This document shows positions 40,540-52,109 of a stretch of DNA of 64,000 nt, piece after piece (within the stretch, counting starts at the first letter, position 1; each line of letters opens with the position of its first letter). The notes below the pieces were generated by a model. That model ran no database searches. It was not told where the DNA came from and saw only the letters and a program-made list of their open reading frames with translations. This DNA comes from Eledone cirrhosa (taxonomy: Eukaryota): assembly GCA_964016885.1 (NCBI GenBank), contig OZ024742.1, positions 31,372,001-31,436,000 on the forward strand, in the 5' to 3' direction. A program made the position numbers and the translations under genes.

Positions 40540-43500
40540 TGTCTTTTTCGGACCCCGCTGAGGCAATTTCATATCATCTGCCTCTGTTAAAGCTGGGCAT
40601 GAAAATCGGATTACCTTCCAAACACGCCCAGGCCTACCACCTGATGTACGTGCTGCAGCTTCTTTGAATCGGAACTCAGCACAACATGAAAGTTTTAGTC
40701 TGCGTGATGATGGGCAGATCTGGAGGTTTGTTAAGGCTGGTGAAACGTGGTAGAGAGATACCAGCTGGTCTGAGTGCGCTCTACCCACAATACCTGGCAA
40801 TGAAAAAACCGCAACAACTCTGGGAAACTAAACCAGAACAACCTGCCATCCTCTACACACCATCATAATCTGTAAACAGGGTACAAATTGTTATCCTTAA
40901 ATGCTCGCAGTTTATGCAACAAGATACATCTGTTTAACTCCTACGTCAAAAGCATCGACTCTGACTTCATCACAGTCACGGAAACATGGGCACATTCCTT
41001 ACTCCGTGATGGAGTTTTCAGCATTACTGGGTACAACCTGTTCTGCAAGCACCACATTAATCGCTGTGGTGGTGGTGTGATGGTCTACGTTTGTTCAAAC
41101 TTTTCAGTAATTCCTTGCATTGATTTGAACGAATCACAAGAAGTTTTTTTCTGTGACATACGTATGACCATGTCAACACTTCTGCTTGGTTTTGTTTATC
41201 ACCCCCCCCCCCCCCCCAAAAAAAAAACTACCATCAGGACACACAGCTTTGTGATATCCTCAGAGCTGCTGCCAGGAAAACAGTGTTTATTGCAGGTGAC
41301 TTCAATCATCCTGAGATCGATTGGGAAATCTTTCGTTGGCCACAAAAAGTGCAAATGATTTCCTTGAGCTGGACTCAAACTGGTCACAACTAGTCACCTC
41401 TCCAACAAGAGGTGACAACACTTTGGACCTGCTCTTCACCACTACTCCTGAAGTGGTTATCAGTTGTACTACTAAGGAACCTCTAGGTGACTCTGATCAT
41501 GCTATGATCATTGCCAATCTGGCTCTTGCAGGCAGCAACAAAAACCAGAACCATCTCCAATCTGCTTGCTTTGATTGGAACTTGTACTGCACCAAAACAG
41601 GCATGAGTTCTATAACTCTGGAGATGTGAACACTATACTCCAGAGCATCCTGGGCTCAATATGGATAGCGTGTGCAGCATCAGTGCCACGTAAGCAGAAA
41701 AAAAAACCACCCCAAAAGTGCAATTTGGGAAACTTCAACGGTCCGACTTGCCAGGAAAGAACGTCGGAACGCTGAACAGGAATATAAACTGCATAAATCA
41801 GATGCCAACAGAAGAAAGCGTAATAAATCTTCCAACCATCTCAAGCAAGTGACAAAAAAGGCAGTGCTTGAATTTGAACAGTGCATAGCAACCAATCCTG
41901 ACAGTAAGGTGTTCTGGAAATATGTACATTCAAAACAGAGACCTCACTCTCCAGTTGGTCCTCTTCGCAATCCCCACACAAGCCAGATCACTGACGATCC
42001 CAAAGAATGCGCAGAACTCATTGCTGAATGCTATGCAAGCATTTTTACTGTTGAAAACCAGAATGTACCATCTCCACCATCAAATTCCATAACAACTATG
42101 GAATTTACAACTGCAATGCTGCGACGTCACCTTAAGAATAAGCGCAACTATACCTCCCCTGGTCTTGGTGGTGTTACATACCTGCTTCTTAAACGTGGCG
42201 GGTACTTCCTTTTGCACCAGCTTTCTTTCTTCTTTCAATACTGACTCAATGGTGCTACTCCGGAGCAGTGGAAAACTGCCAGTGTCATTCCCCTGTTCAA
42301 AAAGGGCGATCGCACGTCACCTGTCAACTATCGTCCAGTCAGTCTTACTAGCTGTATTGCCAAACTGATAGGATCCTGTGTCAGAGAAACACTTTGGAAC
42401 TTCTGGAGCTCTCACAACCTCATCCGGCCCTCGCATTTTGGATTTATCCCTAACTCCAGCTGCTGTAATCAGCTTATCGAGTTCCTTGAAGACATTAACC
42501 GGATCACTGACAGCGGCTCATGGGTGGATGTTGTCTACCTTGACTTCGTTAAGGCTTTTAATTCTGTGCCACACAAAAGACTTATGGTGAAACTCTCTGC
42601 AATGGGTGTGTCTTCACCATATGAGATGTCATCTGGTGTATCACAGGGATCTGTTCTTGGTCCCCTTTTGTTTGTTGCATATATTAATGACATAGATGCC
42701 AACTTAAAGAATGCCACAGTACTGAAATATGCAGATGACATCAAGCTGTACCTTGAAGTCAAGAGGACAGATCCTGAAATCTATAACTCTTTCCTACAAT
42801 CAGACCTGGACACAATGCAGCAATGGACCACAGACTGGCAACTGAAGCTGGCTGTGGACAAGTGTATCACCATTCATTTTGGGAGGAAAAATCCCGCGTC
42901 CACATACTCCCTCCACAACACTGATATCAAGAAGTCCTCTTGTGAACGCGACCTGGGCATTACTGTCAGCAGCGATTTGCGTTGGACAAAGCACATCTCT
43001 AAAATTGTCAAGAAGGCCGAGGGTGTCTTGGCATCACTCAGCAAGGCCTTTGTTAGCCGCTCTCCAGCCACCTATTTAAAGCTGTATACAGCTATGGTAC
43101 GACCACACTTGGAATTCGCATCATCAGTCTGGACCCCTATCTTGCTCAGAACATTGACCTCCTAGAAACTGTTCAGAGACGTGCAACCAAGCGCATACCC
43201 TCCATCAGACACCTACCATACTCTGAACGCCTTGCTTCCCTGGGCATGGATTCATTGAAGCTCCGACGTCTGGCAATGGACTTGGTAAACACCCACAAAA
43301 TTATTAACCAACTCCCCAACAACAACCCTGAGCACCTTTTTGATCTCCATGTGTCTAACACACGTGGACATGCCTACAAAGTCAGAAAACAGCACAGCTC
43401 CCATGACTTTCGGAAACATTTTTTCACGCTTAGAGTTGCTGAAGCATGGAACAAACTGCCTGCGTTAGTTGTTAGCTGCCGAGACACTGCATCCTTTAAA

Positions 43501-43700
43501 ACCCTCATGCTTCCCGAAATACGCCAAAACTACACCTGATGTTCCCCTTCCATACACATGCACACGTGTATATCATGACTCATGCACTGTTCATTTTCCT
43601 GACGTTTGTACATTATCCTATGTACTATACATACACTTTTGATGAGTTGTAGTGCACCTGAGCACTGTACACAATATTTTCATTATTATTATTATTCATT
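40540..43700 (+). mobile_element. Near-complete ORF2 of a CR1-clade LINE, frameshifted
   Basis: APE motifs SLNARSL, VTETW, GDFN and SDH; RT motifs YLDFVKAF, GVSQGSVLGP and YADD; TRGHAYK...FFTLRV..WNKLP; (ATT)n tail. Confidence 0.93.
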
Positions 43701-43711
43701 ATTATTAAAAT

Positions 43712-44250
43712 ATTCAAATCCCGCCGAGGTTAACTTTGCCTTTCATCCTTACGGGGTCGATAAAATAAAGTACCAGTAATGCACTGGTAAATTGCTGGCC
43801 TTGTGCCAAAAAGTAGAAACAATTATAAAAATATTCATTACTATTAAAATAAAGTACCAGTAAAGAACTGGGGTAATTGCTGGCCTTGTGCCAAAAGTAG
43901 AAACAATTATTATTCATGGATTGGCAGTATCGGTAGAGGGTCGGACGCCATTTGCAGCAAAGAGTTACGGCCCTTTATGATCCGAGTTCAAATCCTGCCG
44001 AGGTTGACTTTGCCTTTCATCCTTACAGGGTCAATAAAATAAAGTACCAGTAATGCACTGGGTAATTGCTGGCCTTGTGCCTAAAGTAGAAACAATTATT
44101 ATTCCAGCATAGCTACGTCCCTTTACGGTCTGAGTTCAAATCCCGCCGAGGTTAACTTTGCTTTTCATCCTTACGGGGTCGATAAAATAAAGTACCAGTA
44201 ATGTACTGGATAATTGATGGCCTTGTGCCTAAAGTAGAAACAATTATTAT
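43712..44250 (+). mobile_element. Tandem cluster of about 4 partial Meta-type SINE copies
   Basis: Repeated ggccttgtgcc.aaagtagaaacaattat ends. Confidence 0.85.
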
Positions 44251-44356
44251 TATTATTCATTATTATATTTATTCCAGACCTACCAACCTCTAAAAACCTA
44301 AACGGGGAGTACCATGAAAAAAAGTGCCCCCAAACGGGGAGAAATGAGGTAAAATA

Positions 44357-44519
44357 CCGTATTTCCTGGCGTCAAAGACGCTACTTTTTCCCTAAATAAG
44401 TCTCAAAAATCAACCATGCAACCTGGAAGCCGAAGGTTTATGATTTTTTTCAAATTTTTGGTTGTCAAAATTAGGGTGTGTCCTTGAGGATGAAGCGTCT
44501 TCAGCACCAGGAAATATAG
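44357..44519. mobile_element. pogo/Tigger-like MITE
   Basis: TA|CCGTATTTCCTGGCG ... CACCAGGAAATATAG|TA. Confidence 0.7.
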
Positions 44520-45207
44520 TAATTAAAGCTATACCCATTTTCACAAGAGAAGACATCTCTCACCCACCCCAAAGTGGGTGGGAGATCTCCCCGGGGAGAT
44601 TTTCAGCTGAGTATATTGGAGCAACGTGAAATGAAGTGTTTTGCTCAAGAACAACAGGCAACCCAGCCCAGGAATTGAATCCACGGTATTACGATCCTAA
44701 GTCCAACACCCTTACCACAAGGTAAGGGTGTTGGACACCCTTACCTCCACATTAATATACTAGGTCAAAACAATTTAACCCTTTTGTGTATCTCTAATTA
44801 AATATTTCGTCTTTTAATTAATAAATGAAGAATATACTAAAATTTGAGTTTTATTAAAATGATATTTGTAATATAACAAAATGTTCTTATATAAAATTTT
44901 AGTAGGAACCTTTTAAAAATAAAAACAGGTAGTTTTGTGTTTTGGGCAGGTTGGTATTAATATGTTTGTAAGTGAATAATAATAATATTATTATTATTAT
45001 AATAATATTATAATATTATAATATTATTAATATTCGGTTTGTTTACAAATAAACAACCTCATAAATACCACATGGTAGATGATAATGTCATCCCTTTGTT
45101 CCAGTGGTAGCTGAGAGAAAACAATTGACTATTGTCTCGGAGTGTTTTGCTCTTTGTCATGATTGTGTATTCTGCTTGCTGCTACCCCCTGGAACTGTCA
45201 TCTAACA

Positions 45208-45692
45208 CAGTGGTCACCAACCTTTCGGACCTCATGGACCACTGAATTCATAATCTTAAATCCCGCAGACTACTAATATGAATTTTTTTACAAAGACAAA
45301 TACATTCAAATTTTCTCGGTGACCACTGGTTGGTGACCACTGGTTGGTGACCACTGGTTGGTGACCACTGGTTAGTGACCACTGGTTGGTGACCACTGAT
45401 TGGTGACCACTGATTGGTGACCACTGGTTGGTGACCACTGGTTGGTGACCACTGATTGGTGACCACTGGTTAGTGACCACTGGTTGGTGACCACTGATTG
45501 GTGACCACTGATTGGTGACCACTGGTTGGTGACCACTGATTGGTGACCACTGGTTGGTGACCACTGGTTGGTGACAACTGGTTGGTGACCACTGATTGGT
45601 GACCACTGGTTGGTGACCACTGATTGGTGACCACTGGTTGGTGACCACTGGTTGGTGACCACTGATTGGTGACCACTGATTGGTAACCACTG
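45208..45692. mobile_element. hAT MITE whose right TIR is amplified into a 14-bp tandem array (45318-45692, about 27 units)
   Basis: Left TIR CAGTGGTCACCAACC; array unit GGTGACCACTG(G/A)TT; 8-bp TSD ATCTAACA at 45200-07 and 45693-700. Confidence 0.9.
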
Positions 45693-45932
45693 ATCTAACA
45701 CAGAGTATTTATGAGACTGTTTACTTGAAACAAACCGAATATCAATAATATTATGATATTATAATATTAATATTCAGTTACGAATATATTTAGGTATAAA
45801 CCATGTTAAGAGCGAAAACAAATGATTGTATTAAAACCGTTGGTTACCAGATGGTTACCAGATGGGTTTTTTTTAAATTTAGTAAACTGAGGAGTTGCTG
45901 TTGATGTTGCCAATATTCTGTGAGAGATAATT

Positions 45933-46082
45933 CTATGGACATTCTGGTGGAATTTGGTTCTTCTTCTCATGACAGTCACGAACAATACACTCAGCTATAG
46001 CAGACATGTCTTTGGGGTTTTTTGCTGATGTAAACAGCAAAGATCTGTCCATACGAGTCATTATAACAGCCATTTTGAAATC
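45933..46082 (-). CDS. ureG: UreG-like terminal exon 6 (DFKMAVIMTRMDRSLLFTSAKNPKDMSAIAECIVRDCHEKKNQIPPECP*)
   Basis: Acceptor ttattacatgtag, 150 nt, phase 0, TAG stop. R..RSLLFTSAK resembles UreG R..RPFVFTNLK. Six exons total 675 nt = 224 aa plus stop. Confidence 0.85.
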   Translation of the reverse strand, partial: DFKMAVIMTRMDRSLLFTSAKNPKDMSAIAECIVRDCHEKKNQIPPECP

Positions 46083-46296
46083 CTACATGTAATAAATAAA
46101 GATGAGTATAAAGATGTTGTTGCCATGTTAACAAGATGAGAAATATTAGAAAGGGTTTGTCTGATGAAATACATAGGAACAATATTAGTGGAGAGATGCT
46201 GTACTGAGAAGGACCTTTCGAACCCATGCCAGCATGAAGAAATGGACATAAAATGATGATGATGAGGAGGATGATGGTTAATTCCAAAATACTTAC

Positions 46297-46400
46297 CTCC
46301 ATGTTAAATTCCAAAGCCTTTTCTAAATCTATTTTATTGACCACAAGTAATTCACAGTAATCATTACCAGCTATTCTTTTCTTGATAATGTTTTCACCAC
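46297..46400 (-). CDS. ureG: UreG-like exon 5 (GGENIIKKRIAGNDYCELLVVNKIDLEKALEFNME), NKxD motif
   Basis: Acceptor ctatttttgtag, donor gtaagt, 104 nt, phase 1 to 0. LLVVNKIDL corresponds to the UreG LLVINKTDL guanine-specificity motif. Confidence 0.93.
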
Positions 46401-46439
46401 CTACAAAAATAGTAAATTGTTATTAACATCATCTTCTTT

Positions 46440-46990
46440 TTCACCCACTTATTCTTGATGGGTCGAGGGGGCAGAGTCCTTAAACACTCCTTCCAGCGGG
46501 TCCAGTCAGAAGCAACCATCTTCAACTGATCCCCAAGCATGACCAACCAAACTCATGGATGTTATCCAACCATCTTGCTCGGGGTCTACCCCTGGGTCTC
46601 CTGCCAGTTGGTTTTGCCCATAAAATCTATCCAGTGATTCTTTCCTGAGACATTCTAACTACATGGCCATAGTATCGGAGCTGTGATCTCTCAATTTGTA
46701 GAATTAGCGGCTCTACCTGGAGTGACACTCCCTTCTCTGAGCTACACACTCTACCGACTAATGTTACTCCAAAGACCCTTTGGAGGAACCCCCATTTCGT
46801 ATTCTTTCGGTCATTATCCAAGATTCATGACCATAGGTAAGGCTTGGTATGAATACCGAATTGAAGATAGCAAGTTTGGCTTTTACACCAACCTCCCTTC
46901 TGATTACCGAATGCTGAAACTGGCACATTACTGCACCATCTCCTGCAATTATTGTACTTAATTCAGCCTTCTATCACTCCTGAATATGGC
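46440..46990 (-). mobile_element. RTE LINE 3' fragment in UreG-like intron 4
   Basis: LQVEPLILQIERSQLRYYGHVVRMSQERI. Confidence 0.75.
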
Positions 46991-47291
46991 CCCGAGATAC
47001 TTGAACTTCTCTATCTGCTTCAGTGGAACTCCATTTCACTTGGAAAGTAAGGTGAGGGTGGAGAGAGAAGTGTTGCCCCTCCCCCATCTCAACAGTATAT
47101 TTAATAAAGGTGAATGAATGGTGCAAGAATGGCTGCCTTTGACAATATTTAGCTGTTTTAACGGCTGTTCTAGCGATCAGTTTTCTCATGTTTATATGTA
47201 TTCAAATACACTCTCGCTTAATCTCAGAGACAACATCGTTTTTCATTTGAAAAAAAAACAACATTATTATGAAATTAGGTGAGGTTCAAAC

Positions 47292-47439
47292 CTGCGATAT
47301 CAATTATTAGAATGGTGTAATCAACCAAATCTCTGTTAAAATGGGCGGCATGACAATCTCCAGCAGATTCTAACAGAATTATTTCAGGTTGGAATTCTTC
47401 CGTCAATTCTTTGATTGCTTTCAGGTTTCCATCAATATT
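47292..47439 (-). CDS. ureG: UreG-like exon 4 (NIDGNLKAIKELTEEFQPEIILLESAGDCHAAHFNRDLVDYTILIIDIA)
   Basis: Acceptor ctatttttag, donor gtttga, 148 nt, phase 0 to 1. Aligns to UreG ...NL.A.EEL...D..L.ESGGDNLAA.FS.EL.DY.IY.IDV.GG. Confidence 0.93.
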
Positions 47440-47699
47440 CTAAAAATAGAGAAATAGAGAGAAATATACAGAAAGAGATAGAGAGAAATATATATAGAGG
47501 GAGATAGAGAAATATATATAGAGAGAAATATATAGAGGGAGATAGAGAAATATATATATAGAGAGAGATAGAGAGAAATATATATAGAGGGAGATAGAGA
47601 AATATATATAGAGAGAGATAGAGAAATATATAGAGGGAGATAGAGAAATATATATATAGAGAGAGATAGAGAGAAATATATATAGAAAAAGCCTTATAG

Positions 47700-48342
47700 T
47701 TGCAGTACAAGATTAAGCTCTTTCTACCAATTTGGTAAAATATAACATCTACAAAACTTCTGACACCCAGAAATGCAGACTCTCTGGAAAGAATGTGGAA
47801 AATGTGGCCAACTTAGTAAGTATGTGCAAGAGCATTACACAAAAAGAATACAAGTGCCACCATGATAAAGTCTGTCTACACCTGTGTTGGAAATACCAAT
47901 ATGGAGTCATAGAGAATTGGTATGAGCATATGCCTTGTAAAGTAATGCAGGAGGAGGAAAAAGGAATGATATTCTGGGATTAAGATTTTCAAACTGATAG
48001 AGTAATCGAGCACCACTGACCAGATATTGTCGTATTGAACAAGAAAGACAAATGCTGTCAGAGCCTAGATGTAGCCATACCAAATGACACGAATATTGCG
48101 AGTAAAGAGGTTGAAAAAGTCACCAAGAACTTCGGAATGAAAGTGGAGCTGACAAGACTGTTTGGAATGTAAGAGAGTAATGTGGAAGTGATACCAGTTG
48201 TGATTATGGGGGCATTAGGGTCAATCCCATTGAAATTTCAAGATTCTTAAAGTGACTGGGAATACCATAGAGGTTGGGTGTCATACAAAAGGTGGCTTTG
48301 TTAGGTACTGCAGATATTTTGAGGAAAGTATTATTTGTCTGA
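47700..48342 (+). mobile_element. R4/Dong-like (RLE-type) LINE 3' fragment
   Basis: Decayed CCHC knuckle (CRL.GKNVENVANLVSMC), HDKV, WYEH.P, IFWD, PDIVV, DVAIP, K..EK and GALG, with stops. Confidence 0.8.
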
Positions 48343-48404
48343 GGTCCTTATTGTGACTTGATAGATGACTAAATACCCTGGGACAATAATGGTTTCTGTT
48401 TAAT

Positions 48405-49789
48405 GACCAGCTGCCCATGAGAACTCCTATATGCAGATGATCTAACTCTCATAGCTGAATCTATGCCTGAACTAGAGAAGAAATTCCAAACATGGAAGCA
48501 TGGCCTAGAATCAAAAGACCTTAAAGTTAAGTTGTCTAAGACTAAAGTTCTAGTTTGTAGAAAGGAAAATAGGGCTCAGGTGCCCTCAGGGAAATGGCCA
48601 TGCTCAGTGTGTAGGAAAGGAGTAGGAAGAAATTCTATTTTATGTCCCAAATGCAAACTATGGGTACATAAAAGATGTAGTGGGATCACAGGTAAACTAT
48701 CTAAGAACGTAGATTTTATATGTGGCCGATGCTCAGGTGCAATAAGTAGCAAGTGCCCACAGGATACTAGCTCCTTCTATTGCCCAGATAGTTCTATAGA
48801 AATAGTGGACACTTTCCGTTACCTGGGTGATAAAATCAGCAGTGGTGGAGGGTGTACTTCTGAAAGTACAGTAGCCAGAGTCAGAATGGGATGGAAAAAG
48901 TTCAGAGAGCTTATACCGCTGTTGGCCACAAAAGGTTTCTCTCTAAAAATGAAAGGCAGATTGTATGATGCTTGTATACGAACAGCAATGCTACATGGCA
49001 GTGAGACATGGGCATTGTGTGCAGAGGATCTGCGCAGACTGGAAAGGAACGAAGCATGCATGCTCCGTTGGATGTGTAATAGTAATATACGTGAACGGCA
49101 AAGCATAAATGAACTAAGTGAGAAATTAAGAATAAGAGGGATCAGATGCTGTTTACTTGAGAGAAAATTACGTTGGTATGATCACGTGATGCGCATGAAA
49201 GACCGTATAAAAAAGTGCAGGGTGATCAAAATTGATGGAAGTTACGGAGTAGACCCAGAAAAACCTGGGACGATTTAATAAATTCCAACCTCACACACTT
49301 GCACCTCTCTAAGACAATGTCACTGGACCAAGATCTTTGGCGCTATGCAGTAATACAAAAGACCCGCCTTGCCTATGTATAAAGTGAAACCTACAGTCAG
49401 TAGGCACCTCTTAACCAAATATACACCCCAATCCACTACCCCTACCCTATCCTCCCACTCCCACCAACACCACCCTCTCTCTGTAAAGTTGGTACCACAA
49501 CATCCAGTCCAAATAAATGAGATAATGAGATCGAGATCGTGTAGGTGTCATGACAAAAAAAAACACACAGTCCACGCTGTAATGTGGCCGTGTAGGTAAC
49601 ACGATAAAAACCTCCCAGTCCACACTGTAAACGTGGTTGGTGTTAGGAAGGGCATCCAACCGTAGAAAACATGCCAGATAGTCCTATATGAGCAAGACAC
49701 GGTCACCCGACCAACCTTTCCTCAAGTGGGACAACTCCCGTCTAACCCATGCTAGCATGGAAGATGGACGTTAAACGATGATGATGATG
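48405..49789 (+). mobile_element. 5'-truncated RTE-X-like LINE
   Basis: ELLYADDL, Cys/His insert WPCSVC..C..C..WVH..C, FRYLG, LHGSETW; 3' UTR ending in (GAT)n. Confidence 0.9.
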
Positions 49790-49992
49790 CACAAGACCAA
49801 CAATTTGTTTAAGGCACAAGGCCAACCCCAGTGCATTACTGGTACTTTATTTTATCGCCCCCGAAGGATGAAAGGCAAAGCTAACCTCGGTGGGATTTGA
49901 ACTCAGACCATAAAGGGCTATAACTCTATGCTGCAAAGCATGTTGTTTGATGCTCTACAGACACTGCCAATCCAATAAAAACACAACATTAC

Positions 49993-50089
49993 TTTGTTCA
50001 TAGAATCCAGTGGACATCCCTCTGTTATGACAGATCGAATCTTCTCTTTTGGTATGGCACCTGATTCAACCAATTTGTCGGCATCAACA
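49993..50089 (-). CDS. ureG: UreG-like exon 3 (VDADKLVESGAIPKEKIRSVITEGCPLDSMNK)
   Basis: Acceptor tatatttcag, donor gtaatg, 97 nt, phase 2 to 0. Aligns to UreG EDAEFL...GALP.ERI..VETGGCPH, but reads CPL. Confidence 0.92.
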
Positions 50090-50107
50090 CTGAAATATAA
50101 ATATATA

Positions 50108-50605
50108 TTAAAAATTAGAATTGGAGCTCTGAAATAGCAATATATATATGGATGTATATATAATGTATTTTGCAATACACTTTATGCTTAATTAACAGCA
50201 TTTTGAAGACCGTAAGCTATTGTTTTAAAGTAGTGACAAATTCACTCACTTTGATCTCAGCAAACAGGGGAGATAAGCCGACAAGACTTGTTTCGCTTTG
50301 GTTTCAGAGCTCCAATTCTAATTTTTAATTTCTGCCTGACCAACAACCGCTCTGAATAATCAGCTCCTGATTATTTACTAGATTTCTATAAGAATATAAC
50401 ATCAATGATCTCAGCAAACAGGTGGGGTAGTTGGCCTTGATAAGCTTCAACCAAAGCGAAACAAGTCTTGTCGGCTTATCTCCCCTGTTTGCTGAGATCA
50501 AAGTGAGTGAATTTGTCACTACTTTAAAACAATAGCTTACGGTCTTCAAAATGCTGTTAATTAAGCATAAAGTGTATTGCAAAATACATTATATATACAT
50601 CCATA
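50108..50605. mobile_element. Nested-palindrome Penelope-like element with a hammerhead variant
   Basis: Arms at 50147-50303 and 50449-50605; second inverted repeat at 50108-50134 / 50302-50328; core TTGATAA-gctt..aagc-GAAA-caa-GTC at 50437-50467. Confidence 0.7.
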
Positions 50606-50654
50606 AATATATATATTTATTTATGTTAGTTTACCTCTACATGAAGCCACAAAC

Positions 50655-51378
50655 AGCCTATGTGGTCAACAGTCAGCCTACATGTTGTCAACAGACATTC
50701 TACATGTGGTCAAGAGACTGTCTACACGTGGTCAACAGACAGCCTACATGTGGTCAACAGACTGTCTACATGTGGTCAACAGACTGTCTACATGTGGTCA
50801 ACAGACTGTCTACATGTGGTCAACAGACTGTCTACATGTAGTCAACAGACAGCCTGCATGTAGTCAACAGACAGCCTGCATATGGTAAACAGACAGCCTA
50901 CATGTGGTCAACATACACTCCTACATGTGGTCAACAGAGCCTACATGTGGTCAACTGTCAGCCTACATGTAGTCAACAGACAGCCTGCATATGGTAAACA
51001 GACAGCCTACATGTGGTCAACTGTCAGCCTACATGTGGTCAACAGAGCCTACATGTGGTCAACTGTCAGCCTACATGTAGTCAACAGACAGCCTACATGT
51101 GGTCAACAGACAGCCTACATGTGGTCAACAGACATTCTACATGTGGTCAACAGACGTTCTACATGTGATCAACAGACTGTCTAGATGTGGTCAACAGACA
51201 TTCTACATGTGGTCAACAGACATTCTACATGTGGTCAACAGACAGCCTACATGTAATCAACAGACTGTCTAGATGTGGTCAACAGACAGCCTACATGTGA
51301 TCAACAGACTGTCTAGATGTGGTCAACAGACAGCCTACATGTGGTCAACAGACATTCTACATGTGGTCAACAGACATT
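50655..51378. repeat. 22-bp minisatellite (CTACATGTGGTCAACAGACAGC variants)
   Basis: About 33 tandem units. Confidence 0.95.
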
Positions 51379-51471
51379 AAACATTGATATCTACAAATGT
51401 CATTATATTCCTCTACATATGTCAACCAAATATCAACATTACAATTACAAGTGGTATCAGATAGTCTAGAT

Positions 51472-51606
51472 CAGCGGTCATCAACTGGTTGTCTGCAGAA
51501 AGATTTTAATTTATTTATCTTTTAAAAAATTCATATTAGTGGGCCTTGCGATTTAAAAAATTATGAATTTAGTGGTCTGTGTGGTTGAAAAGGTTGGTGG
51601 CCACTG
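51472..51606. mobile_element. 135-bp hAT MITE
   Basis: CAGCGGTCATCAAC / GTTGGTGGCCACTG termini with 8-bp TSD GTCTAGAT. Confidence 0.85.
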
Positions 51607-51684
51607 GTCTAGATCGAGAGGCATCAGAAATTGTTTTGTTGAGATGCTGAAAATTAGAAGTAATCTCTCTGAAATATCACTCAC

Positions 51685-51806
51685 GTGGTGTAGAAATCAT
51701 TTGTTACTACACAGATATTATGATCTTTCAGAACAGAACACACGGCAAGGATAATGGTGGTTTTCCCTGAACCAATTGGACCATGAATGCCAACTGTAAA
51801 AGCTCG
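51685..51806 (-). CDS. ureG: UreG-like exon 2 (RAFTVGIHGPIGSGKTTIILAVCSVLKDHNICVVTNDFYT), P-loop
   Basis: Acceptor tttcatttcag, donor gtgagt, 122 nt, phase 0 to 2. Matches UreG RAFTVGIGGPVGSGKT and VVTNDIFT. Confidence 0.93.
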
Positions 51807-51886
51807 CTGAAATGAAACAAAGTTTTACATTTTTTAGAAAACAAATATAAATGTTATTTCACACCATTCCATCTTTCTTAATTTAA

Positions 51887-52091
51887 CCCTTTAGCATTCA
51901 TATTACTCAATATTTACTATTGTATTTTCACAGAAAAGGCTTTATCACACAAAATATCAAATCTATGAGATTTTGATATTTATTTTGAGAACAATATGTT
52001 AATGTCAGTATGAGCGGCAAGTTATAACTGGTTTGAACAGAAAGAGGTGAGAGAATTCTGGCCAGATATGGCCGGTTTAAATGCTAAAGGG
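51887..52091. mobile_element. 205-bp piggyBac-type MITE
   Basis: TTAA|CCCTTTAGCATT...AATGCTAAAGGG|TTAA. Confidence 0.85.
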
Positions 52092-52109
52092 TTAAGAAAT
52101 AAATTAGTT

